A stretch of 64,000 nt of DNA. Source: the human T2T-CHM13v2.0 reference genome, Homo sapiens. The position numbers and the translations under genes were made by a program. The notes under the pieces were generated by a model. That model was not told where the DNA came from, made no database searches, and saw only the letters and a list, made by a program, of their open reading frames with translations. The stretch lies in NCBI RefSeq assembly GCF_009914755.1, contig NC_060930.1, one strand, 5' to 3'. Of the stretch, positions 1 through 11,700 are shown piece after piece; positions within the stretch are counted from its first letter, which is position 1; each line of letters opens with the position of its first letter.

Positions 1-620
1 CCGCAGCCACATTCCTTTCCGGGCAAGCGCGGCCGCCGCCTGCAGGCACCGTCCGCCCCGCGCGCCCGCAGGCTCCTCCTGGAGGCGGGAGGCGGCGGCC
101 GCTCGCACAGCGTGTTTTCTAAAGTTTCTGCTGACACAGCTTCGCGTACACATGAGCCGGCGCGGCCAGACTCACGCAGGCACCGAGTGTTTCCCCTGCG
201 CCGTCTCGCGCCGCCGCCCCGCTACCTCGCCGCGCGCCCCTAACCTCTGCGTCCCGCGTGGCGCGCCCAGCGCTTAAGGTTTTATTTTTCCCCTACTTCC
301 TTTGGTGCATCTCTTTCCCCCTCTCAAAACCACCACCCAAACTTAAAGGCTGGATGAGTTGGAACCCGTTCGCGTAATTAAAACGAGTGGCTGACGGTGG
401 AAAAGCCAGGAACTACAGACGAAGGACGCCAGCAGGGCCGCGGAGCCCAGGCCGCCAAGAATAGGGCGGGGAGGCGGGGCGGGGCCGCGGAAGGGGGCGA
501 GGTGGAGGGGCGGGGCCGGCGGGAGGTGGGCGGGGCGAGGCTGGCAGGCCGCCGCCATTGGCTGTTACCCGACGCACCGAGGCTGGGCGGCTTAGCCAGG
601 CACTTGGATTCTATTTGTGT
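1..620. promoter_or_regulatory. Intragenic CpG island / probable internal promoter (island continues left of the window)
   Basis: Very high GC and CpG density; several GGGGCGGGG GC boxes at ~463-540; inverted CCAAT (ATTGG 557-561) overlapping a YY1-like GCCGCCAT; abrupt switch to AT-rich DNA after ~700. Confidence 0.85.
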
Positions 621-1175
621 AATAGCTGCTTCTTGGAGCCAAGTGCATGCTCATCAACCTTCCTTGCTGGGAAAACCAACTCACAGCATTTTTTAAAAGC
701 CGAGAAACGCCTAGGCTTGTAAAGTTTCATCTCCTGCCTGTGCTTTCCTGTTCTTAATTAAATGCTGAAGAGTCTTGTCGGGATATTACTTTTCATCCTG
801 TCTCTGCCATGGAGATTTTGGGATCACTGGGTGGTCTCTTGGTCACTTGCAGGTGTTTTAGGTAGGATGTTGCAATCTGCAATCTAGGAACATTTGACGA
901 CTTTTTCAAGTAAGCTAAACAACACATGAAACTATAGTAGATTAACCAAGACATGCATTTAATCCAACTAGTAGCAATCAGCGACGGCCACTTTGGTTTT
1001 ACACTTTTTGTTCACTCTGTGAACTATATAATTTGACCATAAATTCTAATTTGTTCTCTTGTTGATAATTCTTATGCAGATAACTTATAACTTGTTATGT
1101 GTGTATTTTTATCAGACTCAAAGCAACTTAATTTTGGAATTCTGCAAATTTAATTGATGATCCATTATAACAACG

Positions 1176-1192
1176 TAGGGTTAGGGTTAGGG
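1176..1192 (+). repeat. Very short interstitial telomeric-like tract TAGGG-TTAGGG-TTAGGG
   Basis: Read directly: cgtagggttagggttagggtcag. Confidence 0.7.
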
Positions 1193-2817
1193 TCAGTTTT
1201 CGGTGTTGATGTAGAGACAGAATCCAAAAGTATTTTGAAATGTTTAAGAGAAATGGCCTTGAAGAGTTCTGAATATTAACATTCTTCTGTTTGTTTTTAT
1301 GCCTTGTAGTGTTTACCGCACGTGTGAATATGCATAGAAATTTTCATGTAGCAATTTCTGTGTTTGTGATCTGTATACAGATTTTATAAAAATAATAGCA
1401 GGGACATTTCTGACCTTGATCATTGTTGTTAACTGATGACATTTGCCAGTTACAGTTTAAATTAAGTTGAATTTATTATTTAGGTGTTTCATAAGAAGGA
1501 GTGAGTTGCATACTAGGATATACTCTTGTATTCCATATCCTCTCCTCACTCCGGCGCTTCCTAACAGGAAGAGCAAATGCATTGTGAGGATAAACACTGA
1601 TTGGTTACTATCTGTAGAGCAGGATTAGCAGCTCTTTTTAGATTTTGAGCTGCAATCTCTTTTAATAGTGCTTAAATTGATGCAGGTCAGTGAATTTTGT
1701 GTTTACAGGCTTTTAACTCCCTAGCTTTGTGAATACTGAATTTATGGAAAAGCTTAATTTTCTCTGTATCTCAGAACGGATATGTACAATTAAAAAAGAA
1801 AACAATACAAATTATTTTACATAAACTGGAGCAATTTGGAAACAGTGTAATAAGGGTTGAGTAAAAGATTTCTCCCCATCGTCGTGGCATATTCTACTGT
1901 TACACTTACCTGCCATTGCTCATAATGGGTCTGACGTTGTAGGTACATCTAAGTGTGGTTTGCAGTCACTATTTTATGTTATTTGGAAAGTCTTGGATTT
2001 TAAAATGTTAACCCAAATAAATATCAACAAGGCATATCTATTTGGGAGTCACTTATGACTTCTGCCCCTCCAACAGTAATTTCTATTTGCTGCAAACATT
2101 TGCCAAGTTTACGGCAAATTTTGAAGTTAAACTTTGCCTACCTAATATAATGAGTGTGTGGTTCCTATGCTCCCCTAGGTTTGCCAAAGGTAGTCTTGAT
2201 GTAAATAATACATTCAAGTGAGATGTCAAGCAAGTGTATGGCTTGACAGATTTTGCATGTAGATTGTAGCTAGTTATCTCAGGTTATTTATTCTTTAAAC
2301 TTTCACCAATTTACCCATTTTAAAAATAGTGAATTTGTATTAAAAATAGTTGGTAACATAAACCATGGCATTCAGCCTACATTTCATATGAGATTTATCT
2401 GCCTGTGCAGAGATGTTACTTAACTTGAAGGCCTCTTTGTGGAAGAAAGATTTGTCTTCCAACATTTTGCGTCAGCAGTGCTGAAGTGCCACTCTGTGGA
2501 AGTTGCTTCTTATGGCCTTCCTGCCACAAAAATGATATGTGGTTTAACTCTTTCAGGAACTGGGGTCATTTCATCCCAAACGCTGACCAAGGTTGTTTAT
2601 AAACTCTTAGAAAAACATAACATAAATGAATCTTACTGCCAAGTGACAAGTTTCTTTTTATGTTTGGTTGTAAATTATTTCAGAAACCTCATTTTTGTTT
2701 AAAAAGCAGATTTGTATGAACAAAATTGAGTGAACAAATTGAGTCCATTTAATATTAAAATGTTGAAAGGGCTTACTTGGTGTAGATGTTTCAAACATCA
2801 AAAATCTAGCTTTTCGG

Positions 2818-3131
2818 GGCTGGATGCAGTGGCTCATGCCTTTAATCCCAAAACTTCAGGAGACTGAGGCGGGCAGATCACTTGAGGTCAGGAGTTCAAG
2901 ACCAGCCTGGCCAACATGGCAAAACCCCATCTCTACTTAAAAAACAAAACAAAACAAAAAACAGCCAGATCTGGTGGCACACACCTGTAATCCCAGCTAC
3001 TCAGGTGGCTGAGGCAGGGAAATCACTTGAACCTGGAGGCAGAGGTTACAGTGAACCTTGACTGCACCAGTGGACTCCAGTGTTGGCAACAGAGTGAGAT
3101 TCTGTAAAACAAAACAAAAAAGAAAAAAAAA
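2818..3131 (+). mobile_element. AluS-type SINE, full length
   Basis: Dimeric Alu with A-rich tail; TSD aaaatct(a/g)gcttttc on both sides. Confidence 0.95.
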
Positions 3132-3759
3132 CCCAAAATCTGGCTTTTCATCCTTGAGACTACATTTCAAGCTTTTTGCTATTGAGTAGAAAGGAACTTC
3201 ATGGTGTAGTTCCATACATTTCTGAGCTATAAGAAAAAGGTATAGTGATGATGTGTTAAGTGCCATGCTTCAGATCTGAAGGTTGTGTAATAATTTTCAT
3301 GACTGCGCTTGTACAGACGATTTCACCATTGGCTGCAGTTCTGATTTTAAGTTGATTTGCTCGTTTTCATGTTGAAGTTGACATTTATATGTAGTTGTAT
3401 TAAATAACAAAGAATTTTAGTAAATGATTCCTTTCTTACTCCAAAGCAAAAAACTCAAAAACTTTGACCTCCTCCATAAGAAAAATGTAGCAATTCCCAA
3501 ATTATGCAGAAATGTCTAGAAATTATCAAATGTAAAATTTAACTCTATATTCTAGAACACTTTCTCAGAACAAAAAGATGTGTTACACGGTGGAAACTAA
3601 AGGAATTTTAAGATGAGAAACTATAGGATATTGTTTGAATTCATGTCTGAATATTTGGACAAGATGAAAGTTTTCTGAGCATTGTGGATGGATTACTATG
3701 TTGAGAAATGCATAACAATGATGTGTAAGGCAGAACAGTATTCTAGTAGGACGGTAGAA

Positions 3760-4242
3760 CATTCTTGTTACCTTAACAAGTTCCCCTCTATCTTTATAGT
3801 TAGTCCCTCTCTGTTAACACCCAAGTCCTGGCTGCCACAGATCTGTTTTCTTTCTCTGTAGATTGGCCTTTTCCAGAATGTCATATGAATGGAATCATAC
3901 AGTGGGTGGCCTCTTGAGTCAGGCTTCTTTTACTTAGCACAGTGCATTTGAGAGTCATCCATTTCCTTGTTTGTATCAGTAGTTAATTCCTTTTCATTGG
4001 TGAGTCGTTTTCCATTGTTTGGCTATGATCATAGTTTTGTTTATCCACTCATCAGTTGAAGGGTATTTGGATTGTTTTCAGTTTTTGTCAACTATGATGA
4101 AAGCCTCCCTAAACACTCTCATATAGGTTTTCATGTTAATATATTTTCATTGCTCTTGGGTGAATACCTAGAAGTAGAGGATTGCTGGATCATATAGCAG
4201 ACTGCATTTACCAGGCTTCTTCTCCAAAGTGGCTGTAACATT
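3760..4242 (-). mobile_element. Old L1 (L1MB/L1MC-like) 3' fragment
   Basis: Typical antisense L1M 3' motifs: ttccagaatgtcatatgaatggaatcataca, tttatccactcatcagttgaaggg, ggattgctggatcatat. Confidence 0.8.
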
Positions 4243-4255
4243 GTGCTGGAATAGA

Positions 4256-4540
4256 TTTTTTTTTTTTTTTGAGGTGGAGTCTCGCCCTGTTGCCCAGGTT
4301 GGCGTGCAGTGGCACAATTTCGGCTCACTGCAGCCTCCGCCTGGTGAGTTCAAGAGATTGTCCTGCCTCAGCCTCCTGAGTAGCTGGGATTACAGGCACC
4401 CGCCACCATGCCTGGCTAATTTTTGTATTTGTAGTAGAGACAGAGTTTCACCATGTTGGCCAGGCTGGTCTCAAACTCCCGACCTCAGGCGATCCACCTC
4501 AAAGTGCTGGGATTACAGGCATGAGCCACTGCGCCAGGCC
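4256..4540 (-). mobile_element. AluS-type SINE with small internal deletion
   Basis: Poly-T then antisense Alu dimer ending gcgccaggcc. Confidence 0.95.
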
Positions 4541-5012
4541 TATTTTTAAAAATCAGATCTCTCCTTTGACTCCAATGTTTTTATCATGGAAAGAGACAAA
4601 TCACTCATATTTTCTTTTTCCAGACAATACTGCTTTCTGTGGTGTAGCCAAAAGACTTGTCTTTTCCATGTTCAGGTAATTTATTCTTTGGGAGAGCACT
4701 GTAATCATATATCAATCGTATTTTAAAGTGACTTTATTATTTAATGTCAAGATGTACCCTTGATATGAAGTAGTTTTATTTAATAAAGCAGCAACAGATC
4801 AAGAGCACTTGGTCTAGAGGAGTATGCTGACAAGTGGCGGCGCCTGCCTTCTTCTCGGGGCCAGTCTTCATCTCAGAGCTGTCTAGCTTTCAGGTTTGTC
4901 TTCATTGCTTCCAGTCTCACCTAAGCCTCATGAATCCTCAGAGACCTATTTCTTAGGTGAGTAGAGGAGTGTTTGTAATCATCACTGTGACTTGTTTTTG
5001 TGCTAAAATACC

Positions 5013-5142
5013 CTTTTTATTTTTGAGATGGGGGGGTCTCACTATTTTGCCCCAGTTGGTCTCGAAATCCTGAGCTCGAGCAATTGTCCTACCTCGGTCT
5101 CTTTATTAGCCAGGATTACAGATGCGTGCCACTGCGCCTGGC
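5013..5142 (-). mobile_element. FLAM / Alu monomer
   Basis: Single diverged Alu arm, tttgagatgggg...ccactgcgcctggc. Confidence 0.8.
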
Positions 5143-6381
5143 TATTAGAAGATGCACTTTTTAAAGAGGTGAAGGGGAGCAGAGTGGAATAGTGGTATTG
5201 TGACAGTTACCTGGAAAACTTCTAACTCCTCTTCCTAAATTTACCTCTTACAGAGTGTCCTGTATTAGGTAGCCTCAGTTTCCTTCCCATGTAATGCATA
5301 CATAGTTATTTGTTATTATTGCCCTTAGCAGGTAAGGCTGTATTAAGCAATTTATGTGAGAGAAGAAAGGGAGATGACATGATTGGTGGGGAGCCAGTTT
5401 AGTTAAGTTTCTTTGGACAAATAGGACTTTTGAGAAATCTGAAAAGAATAAAAAAAAATAGTTGTCTGTCTTCCCTAGAGTCATTTTTTCTTAGCTTCGA
5501 ACTTATTAGTTTACCTAATTAAATAGATTCTTCAAAATAAGTTTCCTCTAACACAATAATTCATCTTAAGGTAAAAGATAAAACTCTGTGGTTAAATTTC
5601 AGTATACCTAATCTTACATTCTTTCTTTTATTGAATTGTCTTTCCATTCCAATTTGATAATCAAAATAATACTATACTATTTAATTTGAACTTTGAAAGG
5701 TTTTAAATATGCACTGTGATAAATGTCTTTGGTCGTAACCACTATTTCAGTGTTTTGAAACCCCCATCTGTTTTGGTAGAAGTATTTTAGGATAAGAAAG
5801 AAGTTTTGTCATCTGTTAGTTTTTTGACATTTGGACCCAAGTGACAGAGTTGGGGGCAGGAACGTTTGGACAGGGAACAGGGCAGCAGAAAGAAAACCAG
5901 TGACACACAATCGAGATGTATGAACAGCCATTTGCTGGCTGTAATAGAAGTTTCATTTGCTGATCTAAAAATGTATTTGTTTTTAAAACACCTTTTCATT
6001 CTCACCTAATCAATAAAGTCATCTTTATTGCACCTCATTTTCTTTGATACCATAATTAAGTTTTACATGCCTCTATCTTGGGGATGGCCATAGCCTGTGT
6101 GTCCACAATATGTCTTCTACATAGTGACTTTGTAACAACTTTCAGCTTCCTTTTCTAACTTCAATGGCAGGGTGGGACTGGGAGAGGGATTTAAGTATGA
6201 TCAAATAGTACCTTAGCCACAATTTTTATCTTTTAGTACTTCCGTTGATTTATCCAGGTATTTTTTAAATGTAAGATTTTCCTTTTTATGAAATGTCAAA
6301 ATTAGGAAAAGAGTTTATTTATTACATTTTTGGAGAATCTAAACTTACCAAGCTGTAGCATAAGACATTGGCTTCATAAAC

Positions 6382-6406
6382 TGTGTGTGTATGTGTGTGT
6401 GTGTGT
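6382..6406. repeat. (TG)n microsatellite, interrupted
   Basis: tgtgtgtgtatgtgtgtgtgtgtgt. Confidence 0.9.
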
Positions 6407-7727
6407 AAATGGTTGGGTAAATTGGGAAGTATTGCTTAAATAAAATGGCATTGAATTATGACCAAATTATATCACATAATGCAAGATAAATATTTAGAAT
6501 ATGACTAAACATTATCTCACTTTTTGTAAAGTTTATTAACTACCACTTACTTAGTGCTCATATGTTTTTTAACAGTCCCTCACTGCCTGGACACCCATCA
6601 TTTTTATTTTCCTTCATCAAACTTTCTAGAATTTAGGAATAAGTATAGAAAGTGTTAAGAAGAAATAGTTATTAATTTGAATTATACAGAAAAATCAATC
6701 ATGTAGAAATAATAATGTAATGAATAAGTATTAGTGTTTTCTAATTTAATAAGATACAGTTTACATAAAGATCTAAAGGGAAAGCATTGCTTTTATTGAA
6801 AGTACTACCTGTTTTCAAAATGTTTGATACATACACATGTGTTGCATTGGAAAGGCCAAATGAAATAATGAATAGATAACTATATTTTGGTCTATATTGT
6901 TCATGATCTCATAGCCATGTTTTTTGATAAACGCTGGAAGTATGGAAATGATGAACTTTGATACATGTGATTTCCTTAGGTATAGTGTTCTTAATGCCCC
7001 CAAATCTACAAATAATGTCATCATGTAACTGACAGGGTTACACTATTCCACTGTCTCAAGAAAATTATTTATGGAAAAGGTATGGTACTGTGACCACATA
7101 AGCCTTCTGAGTGCCGCTATTCTTCTGTAGAATTTGGGCCTGTCAGTCTCCTTTACAATCATGCCCTGTAGCATAGGCAGATATTCTTACCATCCACTGT
7201 GTTGTGGTCAGCCAACCTAAATTGGAAAGCTCAAAATTACTTTTTAAAATTGTTTGGAAGGATTGCGAACTGTATGTATTTTTATAAAATATTTACTGTA
7301 GTCTAACTGGAGTTATTTATTGGTATGATTCAAGTCTAGAAGTCATTACCTCTTAACTCAGGATGGATAGAAAAGATCTATCTTTGAGCAACATACATAC
7401 TCATTTTATTGCCATCAGTTTATAAGAACTAATCCTTTTTAAGGAATTTAAGGTCTACTCTTGGCTAGAGAGACAAATGCATCAAATGCATATATATGTA
7501 TTCAATATAGCAAAATTGGTTTTTGGTTTGATTTTTAGTAACAGTCATGTGTAATGCATGCAAGCATGTATCACCAACCACACATATGACTTCTACTTAT
7601 ATAGTTATATTAGGTAGAGCATATTTTAAACCTTGTTATATCCCCACCTGTGTCATAATGAGCTGTGTCAAATTTGGGTTCATACACATGTATTTATATT
7701 TTTATTGTTTTGTTATAGTCTTTAGCG

Positions 7728-8200
7728 CATTCATTCATATACATTTATTCAACAAATATTTAGTGAGCTCCTACTCTGTGTCTGGCACTCTTCCAGGTAA
7801 GAGACATGCAACAGTGAATGAGCTAGCCTGCTCTTGTGAAGTTGACATTTCAGTAAAGGGAGAAAGGTGATACACAAATGAATAAACAAGAAAATCTCAG
7901 GTGATTATACAAAAGAAGGAGAGGGATTCTCTTGAGGAGTGATTGGTACGACAGGACTGGCCATGGGATGATCTGGTAGCACAGTAATTCAGGAGGAGGG
8001 AGCAGCCAGTGCAAAGGCCCTCAGGTGAACAGTGGCCATTTGGAGGAACAGAAGGCAAGCCAGTGCAGCGGGAACATTGTGAAGAGCAGCGGGTGGCAGG
8101 ACCGAGGACCTGCAAGGCAGGCGGGAGCCACGTGGTTTAGCTTCTTGTGGACCATGGTAAGCAGCTCGGCTTAATTTTACGGTCTTGGAAGACTTCGAAG
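7728..8200 (-). mobile_element. L2 LINE 3' end
   Basis: cattcattcat...attcaacaaatatttagtgagctcctactctgtgtctggcact is the antisense L2 terminus. Confidence 0.8.
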
Positions 8201-8341
8201 GTTTTAAGGAGGGAGTGGAGATGAAAGAAGCAATTGGCTGCGTGGATGCTTTCAGAACTTCCTTTAGTGTCATGGTGTTCTTGCCTGGAACTCTGCCTGT
8301 AAATCCATGGCACCTAGAGTTCCTTTATTTAAAGTTGTACA

Positions 8342-8790
8342 GTGCATCAGTTAGTTTTTGCAGTAGTGCTCAGAACAGCCACCATTTATGTAGCTCATGA
8401 TTCTACAGTTTGACGATTTGGGCTGGGCTCAGCTGGGTGGTTCTGGTTTGTACTGGGCTTGTTCCTTCTACTTCAGTCAGCTACTGACCTGCTAAGTGGC
8501 TCTGCTTCTCGGGCTCTTGGCTTGACTGGCTCTTGGCTAAGGCGATGTGGTAACAGGACCATGTGTTATCATCAAGCTAGTCTGGGCTTGTTCATGTGGT
8601 GGTTGGTTGTGTTTCAAGAGAATGATTAGAAGAATTGCCTCTTGAGTCCTAGACTTGGAAGTGGCACAGCATGATTGCTGCTGCAGCAGTCTCTTGACCC
8701 AGGTAAATCATAAATCCAGTCCAGATTGAGGGGTAGAGAATTAGACTCCACCTTGGGTGGAAGAGGCTATAACACCACATTGCATAGTAG
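8342..8790 (-). mobile_element. MLT1-family (ERVL-MaLR) solo LTR
   Basis: tagctcatgattct...tttgggctgggctcagctgggtggttct...tagactccacct motifs typical of MLT1F/G/H. Confidence 0.7.
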
Positions 8791-10123
8791 TGGCTGGTTT
8801 CGCACACTTCAAGGTCTCTCTGTCTCTGAGTGATACCAAGAGTTCAAGATTGGTTCATACCAGGTGTCCTCATTGCTTTGTAAATCCTCTGTGGAGGTAT
8901 CCTCACTGAGTTAGAGAACATAATTGGAAATAAGGGTGTGACCACAGTGCTGACTGACTTTGTTTTAAATTTAACAGCCTTGAATAGAAAGACACACCAG
9001 CATCCTAGTGGAGGAGATCATGTGAGCATATCACTTGCGGTGAAAAGTGTAATTATGTTAACATCACACCGCCTTGAAATTGTGTCTTAGAGTACTAAGT
9101 TTATCAAATGCTTTTTGATTGCATAGATGTATTTTTCATTGTTACCAATATTTATTGGGTCCCTGTATAGAGACAAGGTTTTAGTTCATTTCCAATACAT
9201 TCAGAGGACGGCCGCTGTACTCAGCAGCACGAGGCTACCGTGCGTGTTCTTTCCACTGCTGGCTAACCGTGCACTGAGCGATTTCAGCAAGCCATGTCCT
9301 TCAGCCGTCATGTGGTCTGTCATGCTAATGAGGAGAACGAGGAGAATTAATAAGTAAAAGAGGAATGCTGGCAGTGGCTTATGGTTGGTTTTTTTTTTTC
9401 TTAAGAGTTCTATGTTTTTAATGGATTAAAATCCCAAAAAGTTAATAAAATAATAATAAAGAAAAACACGGAACAACTTCTTTGTTTGATAAAATTAAAA
9501 CTTTGCAACCCATATGCTTCTCCTGCAGTTTAAATTGTCATAAATCCTGGAACATGGTTTTGGAGAGCAGTTTATTTATTAGTGTCTACTTTTCCTTAAT
9601 GTAGGTAAAAGTATGATTAATGGAATAGGTTGTAGTTGGTGTATTGGACTTGTTGGCCCAATCAAGGGAGATACAGCAAACATTGTAAGGAGAGTATTTT
9701 TATCCCCTGGACACCAATGTAGGCAAAAATTATTCTTTCCAAGAGCATCTAAATTCTTGGTAATACCCTTGCAGATAAATATTATTGTGACTGGAAATTT
9801 AATCAATTTCTTGTTGATTGTTACTAGCCTCCTCTCCTCACCTTTATTCCCCTTTGGGCAGAACAGCTCACTTGTGTAATTTTGCCTTTCCCATCCTTGC
9901 CTGGAATTGGAGGCAAAATCTATATCATTTTAATGTTTAATTATGGTAAAGGTATGATATCTATAATCACTGGAAAAAATAAAGGAATATTCTTCATCAC
10001 AGTTATTCAAATGGAAAATTAAAATGGAGTCACCCCCTCCTCTTGTTATTTCACAATAAATTACAGTTTGATCAAATATTTAAATGTAAAAAAGTCAAAT
10101 ATATTAAAAGAAAACAAATGAAA

Positions 10124-10424
10124 TTTTTTTTTTTTTTGAGATGGTGCCTCACTCTGTTGCCCAGGCTGGATGGAGTGCAATGGTGCGATCTCACGGCAAC
10201 CTCCGCCTCCCTGGTTCTAGCTGTTCTCCTGCCTCAGCCTCAGCCTCCCAAGTAGCTGGGACTACCGGCATGCGCCACCACGCTCAGCTAATTTTTGTGT
10301 CTTTAGTAGAGACAGGGTTTCACCATGTTGGCCAGGCTGGTCTCGAACTCCTGACCTCAGGTGATCCTCCTGCCTCGGCCTGCCAAAGTGCCGGGATTAC
10401 AGGTGTGAGCCACCACGCCCGGCC
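10124..10424 (-). mobile_element. AluS-type SINE
   Basis: Poly-T plus antisense dimer; flanked by aaatgaa repeats. Confidence 0.95.
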
Positions 10425-10539
10425 CAAAATGAATATTTTTTAAAATGCTGCAGTGAGGAAGACATTTTCCAGCATGGCACAAACTCTAGAAGCTTGGGGA
10501 AAACAAATGGATACATTCGAATATTTAAAATGTCAAATT

Positions 10540-11700
10540 TTTTGTTTTTAATTTCTTTACATTAACACAGTTATGAGCATTTTCCCGTGTTACAAACTAT
10601 CTCTTAAAACCTGAATTTTTCATGATTATTAATGCTCTATCATGTGAATATACCATACTTTAACCATCTCCCATATTTGTACGTTTTTTTCTAATATGTT
10701 ATTTTAAATAATGTGGTACACATGCTTAATATATAAATGGTAGATCACAAATTATAACTTGAAGATAGCTCTTTCTAGCGGCTTGATTGCTGGATAAATG
10801 GGCATGAGTATGTTTGAGGATATTGATATGTAATGGAAGATTGTTTTCTGGGCGGGTCATTCTTAGCTACAGGCCCACCATAGATGTTGAGAAACCTAGG
10901 TGTACACATAAACCTGGACCACTATATTTTTAATTTTTGCTACCTTGAAAGATAAGATGTTTATTCACATTTCCATGATTATTAATTGACATGGAACAAT
11001 GGGTAATGTTATTATTGACTTATTTTGTTAACTAATTACTTTTAATTGAACAAGAAGCACATGTAGTTGGTGGGAAAAGTTCTTAGATTGATGTGTTTCT
11101 TCCATTTCTTTCCAAAAATATTCTAAGTACATCAAGTATATGACTCACCCCCACCTTTTTTAAAAAAAACTGATGGTAGCTTACTGTGCACACCCTTTCC
11201 ATTCTTTTTACTTAATAGAGTATCCTGGAAATCTTTTCTTGTCTGCACACATAGATTTACCTCTGTCTTTGTAACAGAAGCATAGTCTTCTATGTTCGAC
11301 TATACAGTAATTTACTGTAAACTCCCTTGGCAATGAAAATTTGGTTATATTCACTTTTCACTGTTACAAACAACTCCAGTAAACATCGTTTTAAATATTT
11401 ATTTTTATACTTTAGGATCAGTGGAATTGTTGGGGTTAATACTTGCGTAATCATATACATGTGCATTTTGATTGATACTGCCAATTGTATTTTATTCCAG
11501 TATATATTTTCATCAGCAGTGCAAGGCTGTGATTTGAATAATTACCCAAACCTGTGTATATGTTGTAATTATTACAAGGTTTAATCTTTAGTACAATATG
11601 ACTTTATTTGTATTCCTTTAATTATGAGTATCGTTCATTATACATTGTTATAAATGAGCATTATTTCTCACTTTAGTTCCTCTTTTTGTGACAGTGTGAT
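10540..11700 (-). mobile_element. Degenerate L1ME-like fragments
   Basis: Motifs such as gattgctggataaatgggcatgagtatgtttgagg, tttttacttaatag, gtggaattgttgggg, gatactgccaattg. Confidence 0.5.

Noticed and set aside
397-696. 99-aa ORF in the CpG island (and the 343-558 minus ORF)
   Set aside because: The 397 ORF starts at GTG; both have G/R/P/A-rich composition expected from GC-rich DNA and no recognisable homology.
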